A DNA stretch of 46,390 nt, taken from Candidatus Alectryobacillus merdavium. GTDB lineage: Bacteria > Bacillota_I > Bacilli_A > RFN20 > CAG-826. The DNA is taken from NCBI GenBank assembly GCA_017694735.1, contig JADIMN010000040.1, forward strand, positions 1-46,390. Reading direction: 5' to 3'. The notes beneath the pieces were generated by a model. It did no database searches. It was not told where the DNA came from and was given only the letters and a program-made list of their open reading frames with translations. The translations under genes and the position numbers were made by a program. Positions 10,039 through 20,266 of the stretch are shown piece by piece; position 1 is the stretch's first letter, and every line of letters starts with the position of its first letter.

Positions 10039-13000
10039 TGGAATTGATCCTCCCTTTGTACTGCGCCAAGTCTTGAATACATTACTAAACTAAAGAACGC
10101 ACAGATAACGAATATGATGATACCAAGTGATGCAGAAATATTATATGAACGCGATACACCGGTAGTTAAAGTATATAACCAGTTAATGAGTAAGTCAGTT
10201 GACTTTGCTTGATAAAGTCTTGTGTCTTCTGTAGCCTCACCAGTTAAGAAGAATATAACATTGAAGTTATTAATGTTAGAAACAAAACTTGTAATTAAAC
10301 TTGGTCCGGTAATAAAGAACATGTATGGCATTGTAATCTTAAAGAATTGTGTTGTAGGACCAGCACCATCAATTCTGCTTGACTCATATAAGTCAGTTGG
10401 AATATTCATTAAAATACCAGTAGCCATAAGCATTGTATAAGGAACACCAACCCAGCAGTTAATGACGATAATCATAAACTTAGCCATATATTCTTCTGTT
10501 AAGAATGGTATCTTTGCTCCACCTACATCAGAAATAAACATATTTATTGGTCCATATTCTCCAAACAAGTTAGCAACACAGAGAAGTGAAATAAATTGTG
10601 GGATAGCAATTGTTAAAACAAAAATTGTTCTAAATACTTTCTTAAATTTAATACTCTTCTTATTGATAACTAATGATAATATGATACCAAGGAAATAGTT
10701 AGTAAATGTTGCAAAGAATGCCCAAATAAGAGTCCATAATAACAAATAGCCAATTGTATATGGAATTCTTTCAATACCAGCAACACCGCTACCAAATACA
10801 GCGCTATCGCCAGTAAACATACCAATGAAGTTATTTAAACCAACCCATTTAAATAATTCAGGATAAGTATGTGAACCATCAAAGCTAGTAAATGCAATAA
10901 GCAATGATGAGAAAAGTGGAATAATAGTTACAATTAATGCACCTAGAACAGGTAAGAATAAGATAACTGAATGGAATTGGTCAGTTAATAATGAATTAAC
11001 AGTCTTCTTAAATGGCTTACATTGACCACAATAATGGACATCGCCATATCTTGCTGTGAAATCAGAAATTCTATTTTCTGTTCTTGCAATAATTTTTTGA
11101 CTAACTATTGAAGAAATTACTTCGTAAGGAATATCTTCACTTAATAATCTAGATAAATCGAAATTAACTTCGATTTTCATCTTGTTAGCAATAATCTCAG
11201 CAATTTCTTCATCAGATTTACTTTCATGAAGTTTTAAATAAGCATTCTTAATATTTTTAACAATATTAATAGCTTTCTTGTATGATTTAGCAACAGCTTT
11301 AGCAATTTGGTTAGAACAGGTGAAGTTTGAAATAATGTTTGATTCAACACCTCTCAAACCAAGTTCCTTTCCAAATGTGTAAGTTTCAACTGCCTTATTA
11401 ATTCTAACTGATCTTTGATATGCACTCTTTGCTTGTTGAAGTTCTTCTTTATACATTGACTTAATAAGCTTATCAGCTTGCATACCATTATATTGACCAT
11501 CAAGTTTATTAACATCAAGAGTCATTTGTTCTTTAATTTGATTACATTTTTCAATAAATAACTCTTTTTCGTTAACAATCTTATAGGCAGGAGCACCTTC
11601 TGCTTTAAATTCTTCAACTTTAGCTAAATAACTAGCTTTAAGTTCTGCTAAATCTTGATTACATTTAAGTTTTCTATTTTGAATATCTTTTAAAATATTT
11701 GCTTTTATATCAAATATTTCATGATATCTTTCATGAATCTTGTTAACTTTCTCGTTATATAATGCTAGTTTTTCATCATCAGTTAAAAACTTAGTATTTC
11801 TATTATAATCAACGTTTTTGCTATCAAGATTATAGAAACAGTTAACTATTTCTCTGCTATTTCTAGCAACATTTAAAAATGCGTTATTAAAATCAAGATA
11901 TGTTTGATAAATATTGTACTTATCAAATGCAAAGTGGAAATTCTTTTCTTCAATTGCAAAGTCATTTAGAAATTTATCTTTATTTGATTTTAAATAATCT
12001 TTTGATTTTGTAAGTTTGTCAACATAAGCCTCATAGAATTCATCTTCTACATCAAGACTTGGATTAGCATTTAATCTGTTGACTAACTCTTTTAAGCCGT
12101 TAGAAACAGCTTTATTTTTCAAACTAGAAAGAATATAAGTTTCTTTATCTGCTTTATCAAATGTTGGAGTATAAATTCCTTTAACTGCATTAACTTTATA
12201 CTTAACATCATCGATATCAAAGCAAACAAGTAAATTTAATATTAATTCTTCACTCCATTTTACATCTGGATATAAAGATTTATAAGTATCAATTCTACTT
12301 GCGATAAGATTTTTAGTTTGTTTATTAAACTCTTCAACAATATTTTTTGAGGAATTTAAGTTATATGTTTGTTTTTGTAAGATACTTACAAGTTCATTAG
12401 CAACTTTGAAATATTTATCATCTAAACCAATATCTTCACTTGAAATATCATAGTATTTAAATATTGCATTAACAATTTGTGTTTTATCATTCAAATCGTT
12501 ATTTAAGAAAATATTTAAAACATTCACTAAATCATTTTCAACGTCAAATAATGGAATAGCAAGATTATTCTTAAGAAGATACTTTTTATAGAATGATTTA
12601 AAATTAACTTCAACATTGCTCATTAATAAATCATTGTATCTGTCATTGTTAAGGAATACTTCTTCTCTATATTTAATATAGTTAACAAAACTTAATGCAG
12701 CTTCTTTTGCTTCTTCTCTAGTTAAAGCATAATCGCTTTCAAGTTTAAGAATAGTTGTATTCAAATTAACAAATTTTAAAGAATTTTTCTCAAATCTTAA
12801 GAATTGTAAAATGTCTTTATAATTTTCAATTGTAATTTTTTCTGCAAAGCTTGAAGAAATTGTTTTATAGAAATCTTCAACACCAACTAATAAAGTCGAT
12901 TTAATTAAATTAGTCTTTTCTTTATAGAAAAGTTCTTTTTGATAATATTTTAAGAAATCACAATAAACATTAAATAAAGTTTCTCCAATACTAGAGTCAA

Positions 13001-14099
13001 CTTTAGAATAACTTCTAATCTTTAAAAGACTTGATTTCTTATCATGTTTAATATTGACTTTGAAAGTTAAATAATCAGCAAAATTAATATCACCTAAAGA
13101 TTCTTTTGCTTCAAAATAATCAAATACATGATCTTTATATGCTAAATAATCTTTATAAAAATCTTTAGTTGGTTTTTGAGAAACTTTTAAACCACCATTA
13201 ATAAAATAAGCTTTATACAAACTTGGATAATCACGGAATAATTTAGCAAAATCAGAATAACAAATTAAGCTAGAAGCTTCCTTGCTTAATCCAACTTGTT
13301 TTTTAAGGTAACTATCAACTGATAAGCAAAATCTTCTTTTTACTTTACCATTAACTTTTACTTTTGTAACATTTGCAAAAGTATCTAAATTTTCATCTTT
13401 AAGCAACTCTTTAACAGTTTTATAACCATCAAAATACTTGTTACCTCTTCTAACGATAGAATTATTATGTGCTGCGTTGATATTTCTATACCAAACATAA
13501 ATAAATAGTAATACAAATATAACAGCGATGATGCCAAGAATCAAACATTTAATACTATTATCTCCAGGTACTGTTTGAATGACTCCAGTAATAGGATGTT
13601 TAATATCGGTTGGACCAGTTAAACCAGGACCACTTAGTAAGTACAAGTCAAATCCGCCCTGTAAAACCATATAAACAATGAATAATATCTCAAATCCAAT
13701 GTATAAAAAGCCATTTACAAATTGTCTATTTGCCAATGATGAAGTTCCCATAAAAATATAGGAAAGTCTTCCAAAAGCATCATCTTCTTTAAAATATCTG
13801 AATATTTTAACAGTAAAAAATTTGTAAATGCCAACAAAGATGCCAACAATAATTTTTGCCAAACCAACAAAAAGATTTAAAAAAGCTCTGCCAACATCTA
13901 CACATAAACTACCAAGCCATACACCTAGTTTTTTCATCATAGAGACAAAGCCAGTTAAATAATATTTGAAATTTGACATTGGTACGAAATCTTCAAAAAT
14001 AGATAACTTACCATCGGCATTTTTTAGAGAATTAAAATCAATATCGCTAGAATTTTCCAAAACTGTTGCGCTTTTTTCATTCTTTTTTGTAGGGCTCAT
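10035..14099 (-). CDS. MalF/MdxF-like ABC transporter permease carrying a ~830-aa hydrophilic insertion
   Basis: N-terminal TM helices (to about residue 205) and C-terminal permease core with EAA loop ESSRIDGAGPTTQFFKITMPYM; a K/E/N-rich, TM-free region lies between them; good RBS (AAGGAGA). Confidence 0.8.
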   Translation of the reverse strand: MSPTKKNEKSATVLENSSDIDFNSLKNADGKLSIFEDFVPMSNFKYYLTGFVSMMKKLGVWLGSLCVDVGRAFLNLFVGLAKIIVGIFVGIYKFFTVKIFRYFKEDDAFGRLSYIFMGTSSLANRQFVNGFLYIGFEILFIVYMVLQGGFDLYLLSGPGLTGPTDIKHPITGVIQTVPGDNSIKCLILGIIAVIFVLLFIYVWYRNINAAHNNSIVRRGNKYFDGYKTVKELLKDENLDTFANVTKVKVNGKVKRRFCLSVDSYLKKQVGLSKEASSLICYSDFAKLFRDYPSLYKAYFINGGLKVSQKPTKDFYKDYLAYKDHVFDYFEAKESLGDINFADYLTFKVNIKHDKKSSLLKIRSYSKVDSSIGETLFNVYCDFLKYYQKELFYKEKTNLIKSTLLVGVEDFYKTISSSFAEKITIENYKDILQFLRFEKNSLKFVNLNTTILKLESDYALTREEAKEAALSFVNYIKYREEVFLNNDRYNDLLMSNVEVNFKSFYKKYLLKNNLAIPLFDVENDLVNVLNIFLNNDLNDKTQIVNAIFKYYDISSEDIGLDDKYFKVANELVSILQKQTYNLNSSKNIVEEFNKQTKNLIASRIDTYKSLYPDVKWSEELILNLLVCFDIDDVKYKVNAVKGIYTPTFDKADKETYILSSLKNKAVSNGLKELVNRLNANPSLDVEDEFYEAYVDKLTKSKDYLKSNKDKFLNDFAIEEKNFHFAFDKYNIYQTYLDFNNAFLNVARNSREIVNCFYNLDSKNVDYNRNTKFLTDDEKLALYNEKVNKIHERYHEIFDIKANILKDIQNRKLKCNQDLAELKASYLAKVEEFKAEGAPAYKIVNEKELFIEKCNQIKEQMTLDVNKLDGQYNGMQADKLIKSMYKEELQQAKSAYQRSVRINKAVETYTFGKELGLRGVESNIISNFTCSNQIAKAVAKSYKKAINIVKNIKNAYLKLHESKSDEEIAEIIANKMKIEVNFDLSRLLSEDIPYEVISSIVSQKIIARTENRISDFTARYGDVHYCGQCKPFKKTVNSLLTDQFHSVILFLPVLGALIVTIIPLFSSLLIAFTSFDGSHTYPELFKWVGLNNFIGMFTGDSAVFGSGVAGIERIPYTIGYLLLWTLIWAFFATFTNYFLGIILSLVINKKSIKFKKVFRTIFVLTIAIPQFISLLCVANLFGEYGPINMFISDVGGAKIPFLTEEYMAKFMIIVINCWVGVPYTMLMATGILMNIPTDLYESSRIDGAGPTTQFFKITMPYMFFITGPSLITSFVSNINNFNVIFFLTGEATEDTRLYQAKSTDLLINWLYTLTTGVSRSYNISASLGIIIFVICAFFSLVMYSRLGAVQREDQFQ

Positions 14100-14129
14100 A
14101 TTTTTTTAATCTCCTTTATTAAGAAAATA

Positions 14130-14151
14130 AAGGGCATCAAAAGATGCCCTT
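14130..14151 (-). terminator. intercistronic hairpin (aagggcatc-aaaa-gatgccctt) between the binding-protein and permease genes
   Basis: 9-bp GC-rich perfect stem followed by a T-rich tract on the minus strand; classic position for partial termination after an SBP gene. Confidence 0.6.
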
Positions 14152-14167
14152 CTTTAAAAAAATTTAA

Positions 14168-15619
14168 TTAAGCAAGAACGCCGCCTAATGCACTAAATAA
14201 TGCATCAACAGCACTTGTTGCAGCTTCTTCTTCAATTGTTCCGTTAACACCAAAAGCAGTACCAAAAGTAGTTAAACCTTTCCAGACTTGGTCGCCAGTT
14301 AAACCTTGTGCTTGAGAGTGAGTATATGGAGCAATAGCACTTAATGCTCTTGTAAGTTCAGAACTATTAACTGTTTCGTTTTCTAATACTTCTTTATTTG
14401 TTGGGAAGTATTGTCTAGCATTAAAGTGTTCAAGTTGAGAATTTGGACTTGTGTACCAGTATGCAACTAAGTTAGCAAGAGTTGGAAGTGAAGTGACTCT
14501 GTTAACAGCATAAACTTTATATGAATCCCAAGTTTCTAATTGAACTTCTTCGCCCTTATATGTAACTGTAGGAATTTTTGCAATACCAATCATGTCTTTG
14601 GCTTCTTCTTCAGTATGACCAGCATTAACTAATGCACTGATAATACCATTGTAGTTATTCCATGATACACCACCCCAGCATTTTCCAGCAGCCATGTCAT
14701 TTTGCATAAGAGTAGTAATGTTGGTACCATTTGTAGTTAATAAAGTACCGTCATATTTGGTGAAATAACCATTAAGTGCGTCACCAACTTCTCTTAAACC
14801 TTCTTTTGTAAAAGTAGTTGTTTGAACTGCTTTAAGAGTTTTTTCTCCTGTTTCTGGATCTTCGACTTCTTGAATATCAATCTTCATATCACCTTCAGAA
14901 AGCCATAGCCAGTCAGAAATATACCAACCTTCTTGTAATGGGAAGTAGAATGTTTTTCCAGCAGCTTTACAAGCTTCAAGAATATCATCTAAACTATCAA
15001 CTGTTTCTAAATCAATCATGTCTTTTCTATAAAGAACGATTTGTGAGTTTCCACCAACTGCTGGGTAGCCATAATGCTGACCCTTAACTTCAACAGCAGT
15101 TAATGAAGAAGCAGTTAATTCTTGTCGCAATACATTAACCATTAGTTCTGGAATTGGGTTAACATAATTAGCAACAATACAGTTAACTAATTGGTCATCA
15201 GCAGATAATACGACATCTGGTGCAGCATCAGCATCATTTGCAAATGCTTTAAAAGTATCAGCTTCACCAACTTGATTGTTAAATTCAAAAGTAACAAGTT
15301 CAGCTAATTCTGGGAATTCAGTTTTAAAATCTTCAATAACTGATCTTGCAAACTCTTCATCCTCTGTTGAACAACCGATTGTAAGAACTTTTTCTTCTTC
15401 AGAAACAGCATTAATTTCAGTTTCTGCATATTCAGCATAAGTATCAAGCACAGCTTGAACATCAACGGAAGTTGTATATTCTTCAGTTGTTTGCTTAGTC
15501 TCATCAGTGCCTTGAGTACCAGTTGTTGAAGTACTTGGGTCACCACATGATACGACTCCTAATCCTACTCCGACGGTAAGAATAGCAGTACTAAGAATTC
15601 TTAATTTTTTATTTAACAT
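14168..15619 (-). CDS. maltodextrin/oligosaccharide ABC transporter substrate-binding lipoprotein
   Basis: Lipobox VVSC-G; 483 aa; heads the permease genes; GGAGGA RBS. Confidence 0.8.
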   Translation of the reverse strand: MLNKKLRILSTAILTVGVGLGVVSCGDPSTSTTGTQGTDETKQTTEEYTTSVDVQAVLDTYAEYAETEINAVSEEEKVLTIGCSTEDEEFARSVIEDFKTEFPELAELVTFEFNNQVGEADTFKAFANDADAAPDVVLSADDQLVNCIVANYVNPIPELMVNVLRQELTASSLTAVEVKGQHYGYPAVGGNSQIVLYRKDMIDLETVDSLDDILEACKAAGKTFYFPLQEGWYISDWLWLSEGDMKIDIQEVEDPETGEKTLKAVQTTTFTKEGLREVGDALNGYFTKYDGTLLTTNGTNITTLMQNDMAAGKCWGGVSWNNYNGIISALVNAGHTEEEAKDMIGIAKIPTVTYKGEEVQLETWDSYKVYAVNRVTSLPTLANLVAYWYTSPNSQLEHFNARQYFPTNKEVLENETVNSSELTRALSAIAPYTHSQAQGLTGDQVWKGLTTFGTAFGVNGTIEEEAATSAVDALFSALGGVLA

Positions 15620-15664
15620 TAATTATCCTCCTATCCTGCCTAAAACAGGTTTAATGTTATCAAT

Positions 15665-15693
15665 AGTATAAAATTATTTAAATTGAATTGCAA
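15665..15693 (-). promoter_or_regulatory. sigma-A-type promoter for the transporter operon (-35 TTGCAA, 17-bp spacer, -10 TATACT)
   Basis: hexamers and spacing counted directly on the minus strand, ~45 nt upstream of the ATG. Confidence 0.5.
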
Positions 15694-15700
15694 TATAAAA

Positions 15701-15716
15701 ATGAAAGCGTTTTCAT
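15701..15716. promoter_or_regulatory. cre / LacI-family-type operator palindrome ATGAAAGCGTTTTCAT
   Basis: matches the TGAAAGCG-TTTCA-type cre core; lies 8 bp upstream of the -35 hexamer. Confidence 0.55.
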
Positions 15717-15767
15717 TTTTTTTAAAATCAATAAAAAATTGACACAAAATCACAATAAAATCAATAA

Positions 15768-17477
15768 TTAATTACTAGAAATTATTAAAAATCCCTTGTT
15801 ATAAAAATGATCTTCTTGGAAGTTATAAGAATAAATAATTTTTTCCTTTTTTAGCTTAATAAGCTTCTTATCTGCTGTGTTATTTATAATTAAAGTAAGT
15901 TTTTTATTATTTAATTCTCTTTCTATATATAATAAGTCGTCTTTACTATAAGATTTAAAATCTCCACTCTTCAAACATTCATTTTCTTTTCTTATAGAAA
16001 TAAGTTTTTTAATCGTCTTATAAGTCTTCATATCCCATAAATTTTTATCCCAAATCATTGCTCTTCTGCATAATGGATCATATCCTCCATCTATACCAAT
16101 TTCACTACCATAATAAAAGAAAGGCATACCAATGTAAAAAATGGTAATAGCACTTGCAAGAATATAAGCTTGTTTATCATTGTTTGCAAGCGTGCTAAGT
16201 CTATGAGTATCATGATTTTCTACTTCATTCATCATCATATAATTAGCATTCATATTATTGTAGAAAAGATTTCTTGTTATTTGGTTTGCAAAATCTTGAG
16301 AATTAATTTTGTTATAAGCTAAATAATCAATTATTGAACTATAAAACTTATAATTCATTACACTATCAAGCATATCGCCTTGTAAATACTTAGTTGGAAT
16401 TCTCCAATTTTCTCCAATTATAATTGCATCTTTTTTAATTTTTTTAACTTCATTACGCATTTTTCTTAAACACTTAAATGAGATTTCATCGCTGACATCT
16501 AATCTCCAGCCATCTATATCATATTCTTTAATCCAATATGTACAAATTTTACAAATATATTCAATTGCTTCATCATTTTCGGTATTGATTCTTGGCATAT
16601 TTTTTACACTAGCAAAACAAGAATAATTGACATTTTCTTGATCTATTTTATCGCCCCAAATAATAAAGAAATTAAAATATTTTGATTTTTTGCCTTTTTT
16701 AATTACATCTTGGAAAATTTTATTTTCGTCAGACATATGATTGAAAACACCATCAAGAATAACTTTAATTCCATTTGCATGCATTTTATTAACAAATTCT
16801 TTAAATAGTTTATTATCTCCAAAATGATGATCAATCTTAAAATAATCTACAGTATCATATTTATGATTACTTGGAGATTCAAAAATAGGATTTAAATAAA
16901 TACAGTTTATTCCTAAATTAAGAAAATAATCAATATGATTTAAAATTCCTTGCAAATCTCCACCATAAAATGAATTACTTTTTGGAGTATCTAAAGTATT
17001 TAATGTTTTATAAGATAAGTCTTTTTTAAAGTCTCCAATATCAAATCTTTCAGGAAAAATTTGATAACCAACACAATCTTTTACCCAAGATGGTAAATTT
17101 AAAAAATCATCTTTAAAATTATATGGATATTCAAACCTAGAAGTATGATTGATCGAAAAATCATAATCCTTGCTAAATCCACTTTCACAATAATAATACT
17201 TATTTTCTCCATCACTTAATAAAAATACATAACCAAAACGAGTATCATCTAATTTTTTTCTAAAAACAAAATAATCATATAAATCATCGCTATATTTATT
17301 TGTAATTTCTTCACTAAAACGATGACCATCTAGTCTCATATCATATTTATTTCCATAAATTATAATAACTTTTTTTAAATCATCTTTTTTTGCTCTTAAA
17401 ACGATATTAATTGTAGACTCATCGCTAAAATAAGCATAGTTAGACATTGGTATGTGTAAAATTGACTCAAAATTCAT
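15768..17477 (-). CDS. intracellular GH13 neopullulanase / cyclomaltodextrinase / maltogenic amylase-like enzyme
   Basis: No signal peptide; N-domain HIPMSNYAYF; GH13 regions DGVFNH, GWRLDV, GENW, VENHD. Start placed at ATG 17477 (GAGAGG RBS 8 nt upstream) rather than the track's TTG at 17492. Confidence 0.85.
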   Translation of the reverse strand: MNFESILHIPMSNYAYFSDESTINIVLRAKKDDLKKVIIIYGNKYDMRLDGHRFSEEITNKYSDDLYDYFVFRKKLDDTRFGYVFLLSDGENKYYYCESGFSKDYDFSINHTSRFEYPYNFKDDFLNLPSWVKDCVGYQIFPERFDIGDFKKDLSYKTLNTLDTPKSNSFYGGDLQGILNHIDYFLNLGINCIYLNPIFESPSNHKYDTVDYFKIDHHFGDNKLFKEFVNKMHANGIKVILDGVFNHMSDENKIFQDVIKKGKKSKYFNFFIIWGDKIDQENVNYSCFASVKNMPRINTENDEAIEYICKICTYWIKEYDIDGWRLDVSDEISFKCLRKMRNEVKKIKKDAIIIGENWRIPTKYLQGDMLDSVMNYKFYSSIIDYLAYNKINSQDFANQITRNLFYNNMNANYMMMNEVENHDTHRLSTLANNDKQAYILASAITIFYIGMPFFYYGSEIGIDGGYDPLCRRAMIWDKNLWDMKTYKTIKKLISIRKENECLKSGDFKSYSKDDLLYIERELNNKKLTLIINNTADKKLIKLKKEKIIYSYNFQEDHFYNKGFLIISSN

Positions 17478-17514
17478 AATAAAACCTCTCAAATTATAAT
17501 TATATTTTACTTAA

Positions 17515-17550
17515 TAAAAAAAGAAGTGCAATTTAAATTGCACTTCTTTT
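17515..17550 (-). terminator. terminator (28-bp perfect palindrome aagaagtgcaatttaaattgcacttctt plus T-run) after the pullulanase gene
   Basis: read directly. Confidence 0.75.
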
Positions 17551-17561
17551 GATTAATTTAA

Positions 17562-20234
17562 TTATTTTACGATTACAATTTGACAAGGAGCAACACTGCT
17601 TGTGCTACTTAGTTGTAATTTATCTAAGTTATCTGCAATTATTTCAGAATATGAAGATAGATCAAGAGTTAAATTACTACCACTTCTTGGATTAATAATT
17701 ACTCTATACTCTTCACTATTATGAGTAATTGTTAAATCAATATAATTATCTGTTGATGTTGTGTTTGCAACAACTTCTTCAGAAATTAATGTATTAGAAT
17801 CAAGTTGGAATGCTTCAATGCCTGTTTTTACAGCAATAAATTCTTTATATTGCTTAAATACATCTTCATAATCGATTAATCTTGAATAATCAAGCTCATT
17901 AGTCTTATATGAACTTGCATAAGAATTGCTATCAAGTGTGCCATCTTCTTTTACTTTGCTTCTTAAGAATTCTTCACCAGCTAACATAAATGAAGTACCT
18001 TGTGATGCAAAGACAATACCATTTGATAATGTTGATAATTTCTTTAATAAATTGATATCATTTTCACCAACACTTAATTGTAATTTATCAAATAAAGTAT
18101 TGTTATCATGAGCACTAACATAGTTTACAGTCTTATTTGGATCAGTTGAAATAGCACCAGTTTTTCCAAGTAAACCATTTAATACATCGCTATAATTTAA
18201 GGTAGAAACACCTGGTCTTGTAGCCCAACCAACACTAGTTGCTTCAAATACGCCACCTCTAACGCCATCTCTAATCTTATCATTGAAAGCACCATATCCA
18301 TCATATTGAGCCATATTTGCTTGACCAGCTAAGACAGTAGAACTATCTACAGCAGTTGAACCAGCTGTCCAAGGTTCACCATATACAACAATATTAGGAT
18401 TAATAGTTTGTAAATTATCAACTAATTGATTCATGGTTTCAACATCATGAAGTCCCATTAAGTCGAATCTAAATCCACCAAGTTTATATTCACTTGCCCA
18501 GAATTCAGTACTATCAATCATAAATTTTCTAAACATTGGCATTTCACTTGCAGTATCATTACCACAACCACTACCATTAGAAGCTGTTCCATTTGCATTA
18601 TATCTAAAATAATATCCTGGAACTAAATAGTTAAAGCTACTTTGATCAAGAGAATTCATATGATTATAGACAACGTCCATAATAATTGAAATTCCTGCTT
18701 GATTATATTTCATTACTAATTCTTTGAATTCTTTAACTCTAACTGCGCCATCATATGGATTGCTTGAATAAGAACCTTCCACAACATTATAGTTAAGTGG
18801 ATTATAACCCCAGTTAAATGATTTATTAACTTCATCATTTGCTTGGTCGAATAATGGAATAATTTGAACTGCGTTAACACCTAATTCTTTAATATGATCA
18901 AATCCGGTTTTTACAGTTTTACCATTTTCAGTATATGTAGTACCTTCTTCAGCCATACCATTAAATAAAAATCTATTAGCTTCATTTCCAGTCCAAGTTT
19001 CGCTTGAAGTAACATCAGCAACATGAGTTTCATAGACTACTAATTCAGTTTTCTTATAATCAAGTGGACTAATCTCATTCCAACCTTCTGGATCAGTGGT
19101 ATCAAAGTCTAATATCATACCTCTTTCACCATTTACACCAGCTGATTTAGCATATGGATCAACTACTTCTTTTTCGCTGTATTTACTATTGCTAACAACA
19201 TAAGTATAGTATTTACCATTTAAATCACCAAGAACTTCAGCACTATAAACACCTTTTTCACCAAGTGTCATTTCAGATTCAATATACCACTCATCATCAC
19301 CTTTTTCAGGATCAACACTTGTTGGAGTACCGCTATCATAAATTCTAACTTTTAAACTAGTTGAACCAGGTGCCCATACTTTAAAAGTAGTTTTCTCTTT
19401 AGTATAATTTGCACCTAAATCATCACCAGTGTAGGTATATTGAGCATCGAATTCATCTGTTTTAAATAAAACGTTTTTATCAATTTCGCTTTCTTTTACT
19501 TCACCATTTTCAAATGTAACAACAACTTTATAATTAGAAGCAAATACAGCATTTTCAGGCAATGTTATTCTTCTAACATTATTTGGTTTATCAAGAGTTG
19601 AAGTAGTTAATAATTCATCATCTTTATAAACTTTAACTTCTGTAAAATCTAAATTTGCATTTACAACAACTGTCTTTACATCAAAGAATGTTGCTCTTGT
19701 AATATTTGCAGTTGTTATAACATCAGCACTATCATAAGTACCAGCCCATCCAGAAACGATATAGACATGATAGATATTATTTTCATCTTTTACAAAGTCT
19801 GATAGTAAAAATGACTGATCAGCATCGTAATCTTTTGCAGTCCAATCATCTCCACCTTGTCTAATGATGAAGAAAATTTCATCTATATCAGCAGTAAAAG
19901 TTGTTTCTAATGGGATTGCACTAATTGCTCCAAACTCATCAAAACCATTAAATGAATATGCAGCGCCCTCTTTACCTTCAGTCCACAACCATGCATCCCA
20001 ACCACTATAATCCATATCATCTCTATGATAATGAATTTGAAGAGTATCTTCATCATAGGTTGGTGGTTCTACAAATTCATAAGGATGAGATTCAGTTTGA
20101 CTTGTACTACTGCTTGTTTCAGTAACATCGCTTGTTCCAGTATCACTACTTGTTGTACTTGGATGATCTCCACAAGAAGATAAAGATAAAAGGGCAACAA
20201 GAGAAAAAATAAGACCAATTTTATTCTTTTTCAT
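17562..20234 (-). CDS. type I pullulanase lipoprotein (GH13 with N-terminal carbohydrate-binding modules)
   Basis: Lipobox LSSC-G; 890 aa; FNWGYNP (YNWGYDP-type pullulanase signature), VVYNHM, GFRFDLM, YGEPW, YVSAHDN. Confidence 0.88.
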   Translation of the reverse strand: MKKNKIGLIFSLVALLSLSSCGDHPSTTSSDTGTSDVTETSSSTSQTESHPYEFVEPPTYDEDTLQIHYHRDDMDYSGWDAWLWTEGKEGAAYSFNGFDEFGAISAIPLETTFTADIDEIFFIIRQGGDDWTAKDYDADQSFLLSDFVKDENNIYHVYIVSGWAGTYDSADVITTANITRATFFDVKTVVVNANLDFTEVKVYKDDELLTTSTLDKPNNVRRITLPENAVFASNYKVVVTFENGEVKESEIDKNVLFKTDEFDAQYTYTGDDLGANYTKEKTTFKVWAPGSTSLKVRIYDSGTPTSVDPEKGDDEWYIESEMTLGEKGVYSAEVLGDLNGKYYTYVVSNSKYSEKEVVDPYAKSAGVNGERGMILDFDTTDPEGWNEISPLDYKKTELVVYETHVADVTSSETWTGNEANRFLFNGMAEEGTTYTENGKTVKTGFDHIKELGVNAVQIIPLFDQANDEVNKSFNWGYNPLNYNVVEGSYSSNPYDGAVRVKEFKELVMKYNQAGISIIMDVVYNHMNSLDQSSFNYLVPGYYFRYNANGTASNGSGCGNDTASEMPMFRKFMIDSTEFWASEYKLGGFRFDLMGLHDVETMNQLVDNLQTINPNIVVYGEPWTAGSTAVDSSTVLAGQANMAQYDGYGAFNDKIRDGVRGGVFEATSVGWATRPGVSTLNYSDVLNGLLGKTGAISTDPNKTVNYVSAHDNNTLFDKLQLSVGENDINLLKKLSTLSNGIVFASQGTSFMLAGEEFLRSKVKEDGTLDSNSYASSYKTNELDYSRLIDYEDVFKQYKEFIAVKTGIEAFQLDSNTLISEEVVANTTSTDNYIDLTITHNSEEYRVIINPRSGSNLTLDLSSYSEIIADNLDKLQLSSTSSVAPCQIVIVK

Positions 20235-20266
20235 AATTATCTTTATATTTATAATCTAGATTAAAA

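Noticed and set aside
6177-10698. Short ORFs 6177-6368, 6589-6771, 8101-8301, 10222-10440 and 10462-10698
   Set aside because: They are nested in or antisense to malQ, the GH13 gene and the permease genes. They are frame artefacts.
15304-18111. ORFs 15304-15546 and 17926-18111
   Set aside because: They are an alternative frame or antisense of the binding-protein and pullulanase genes, with no independent support.
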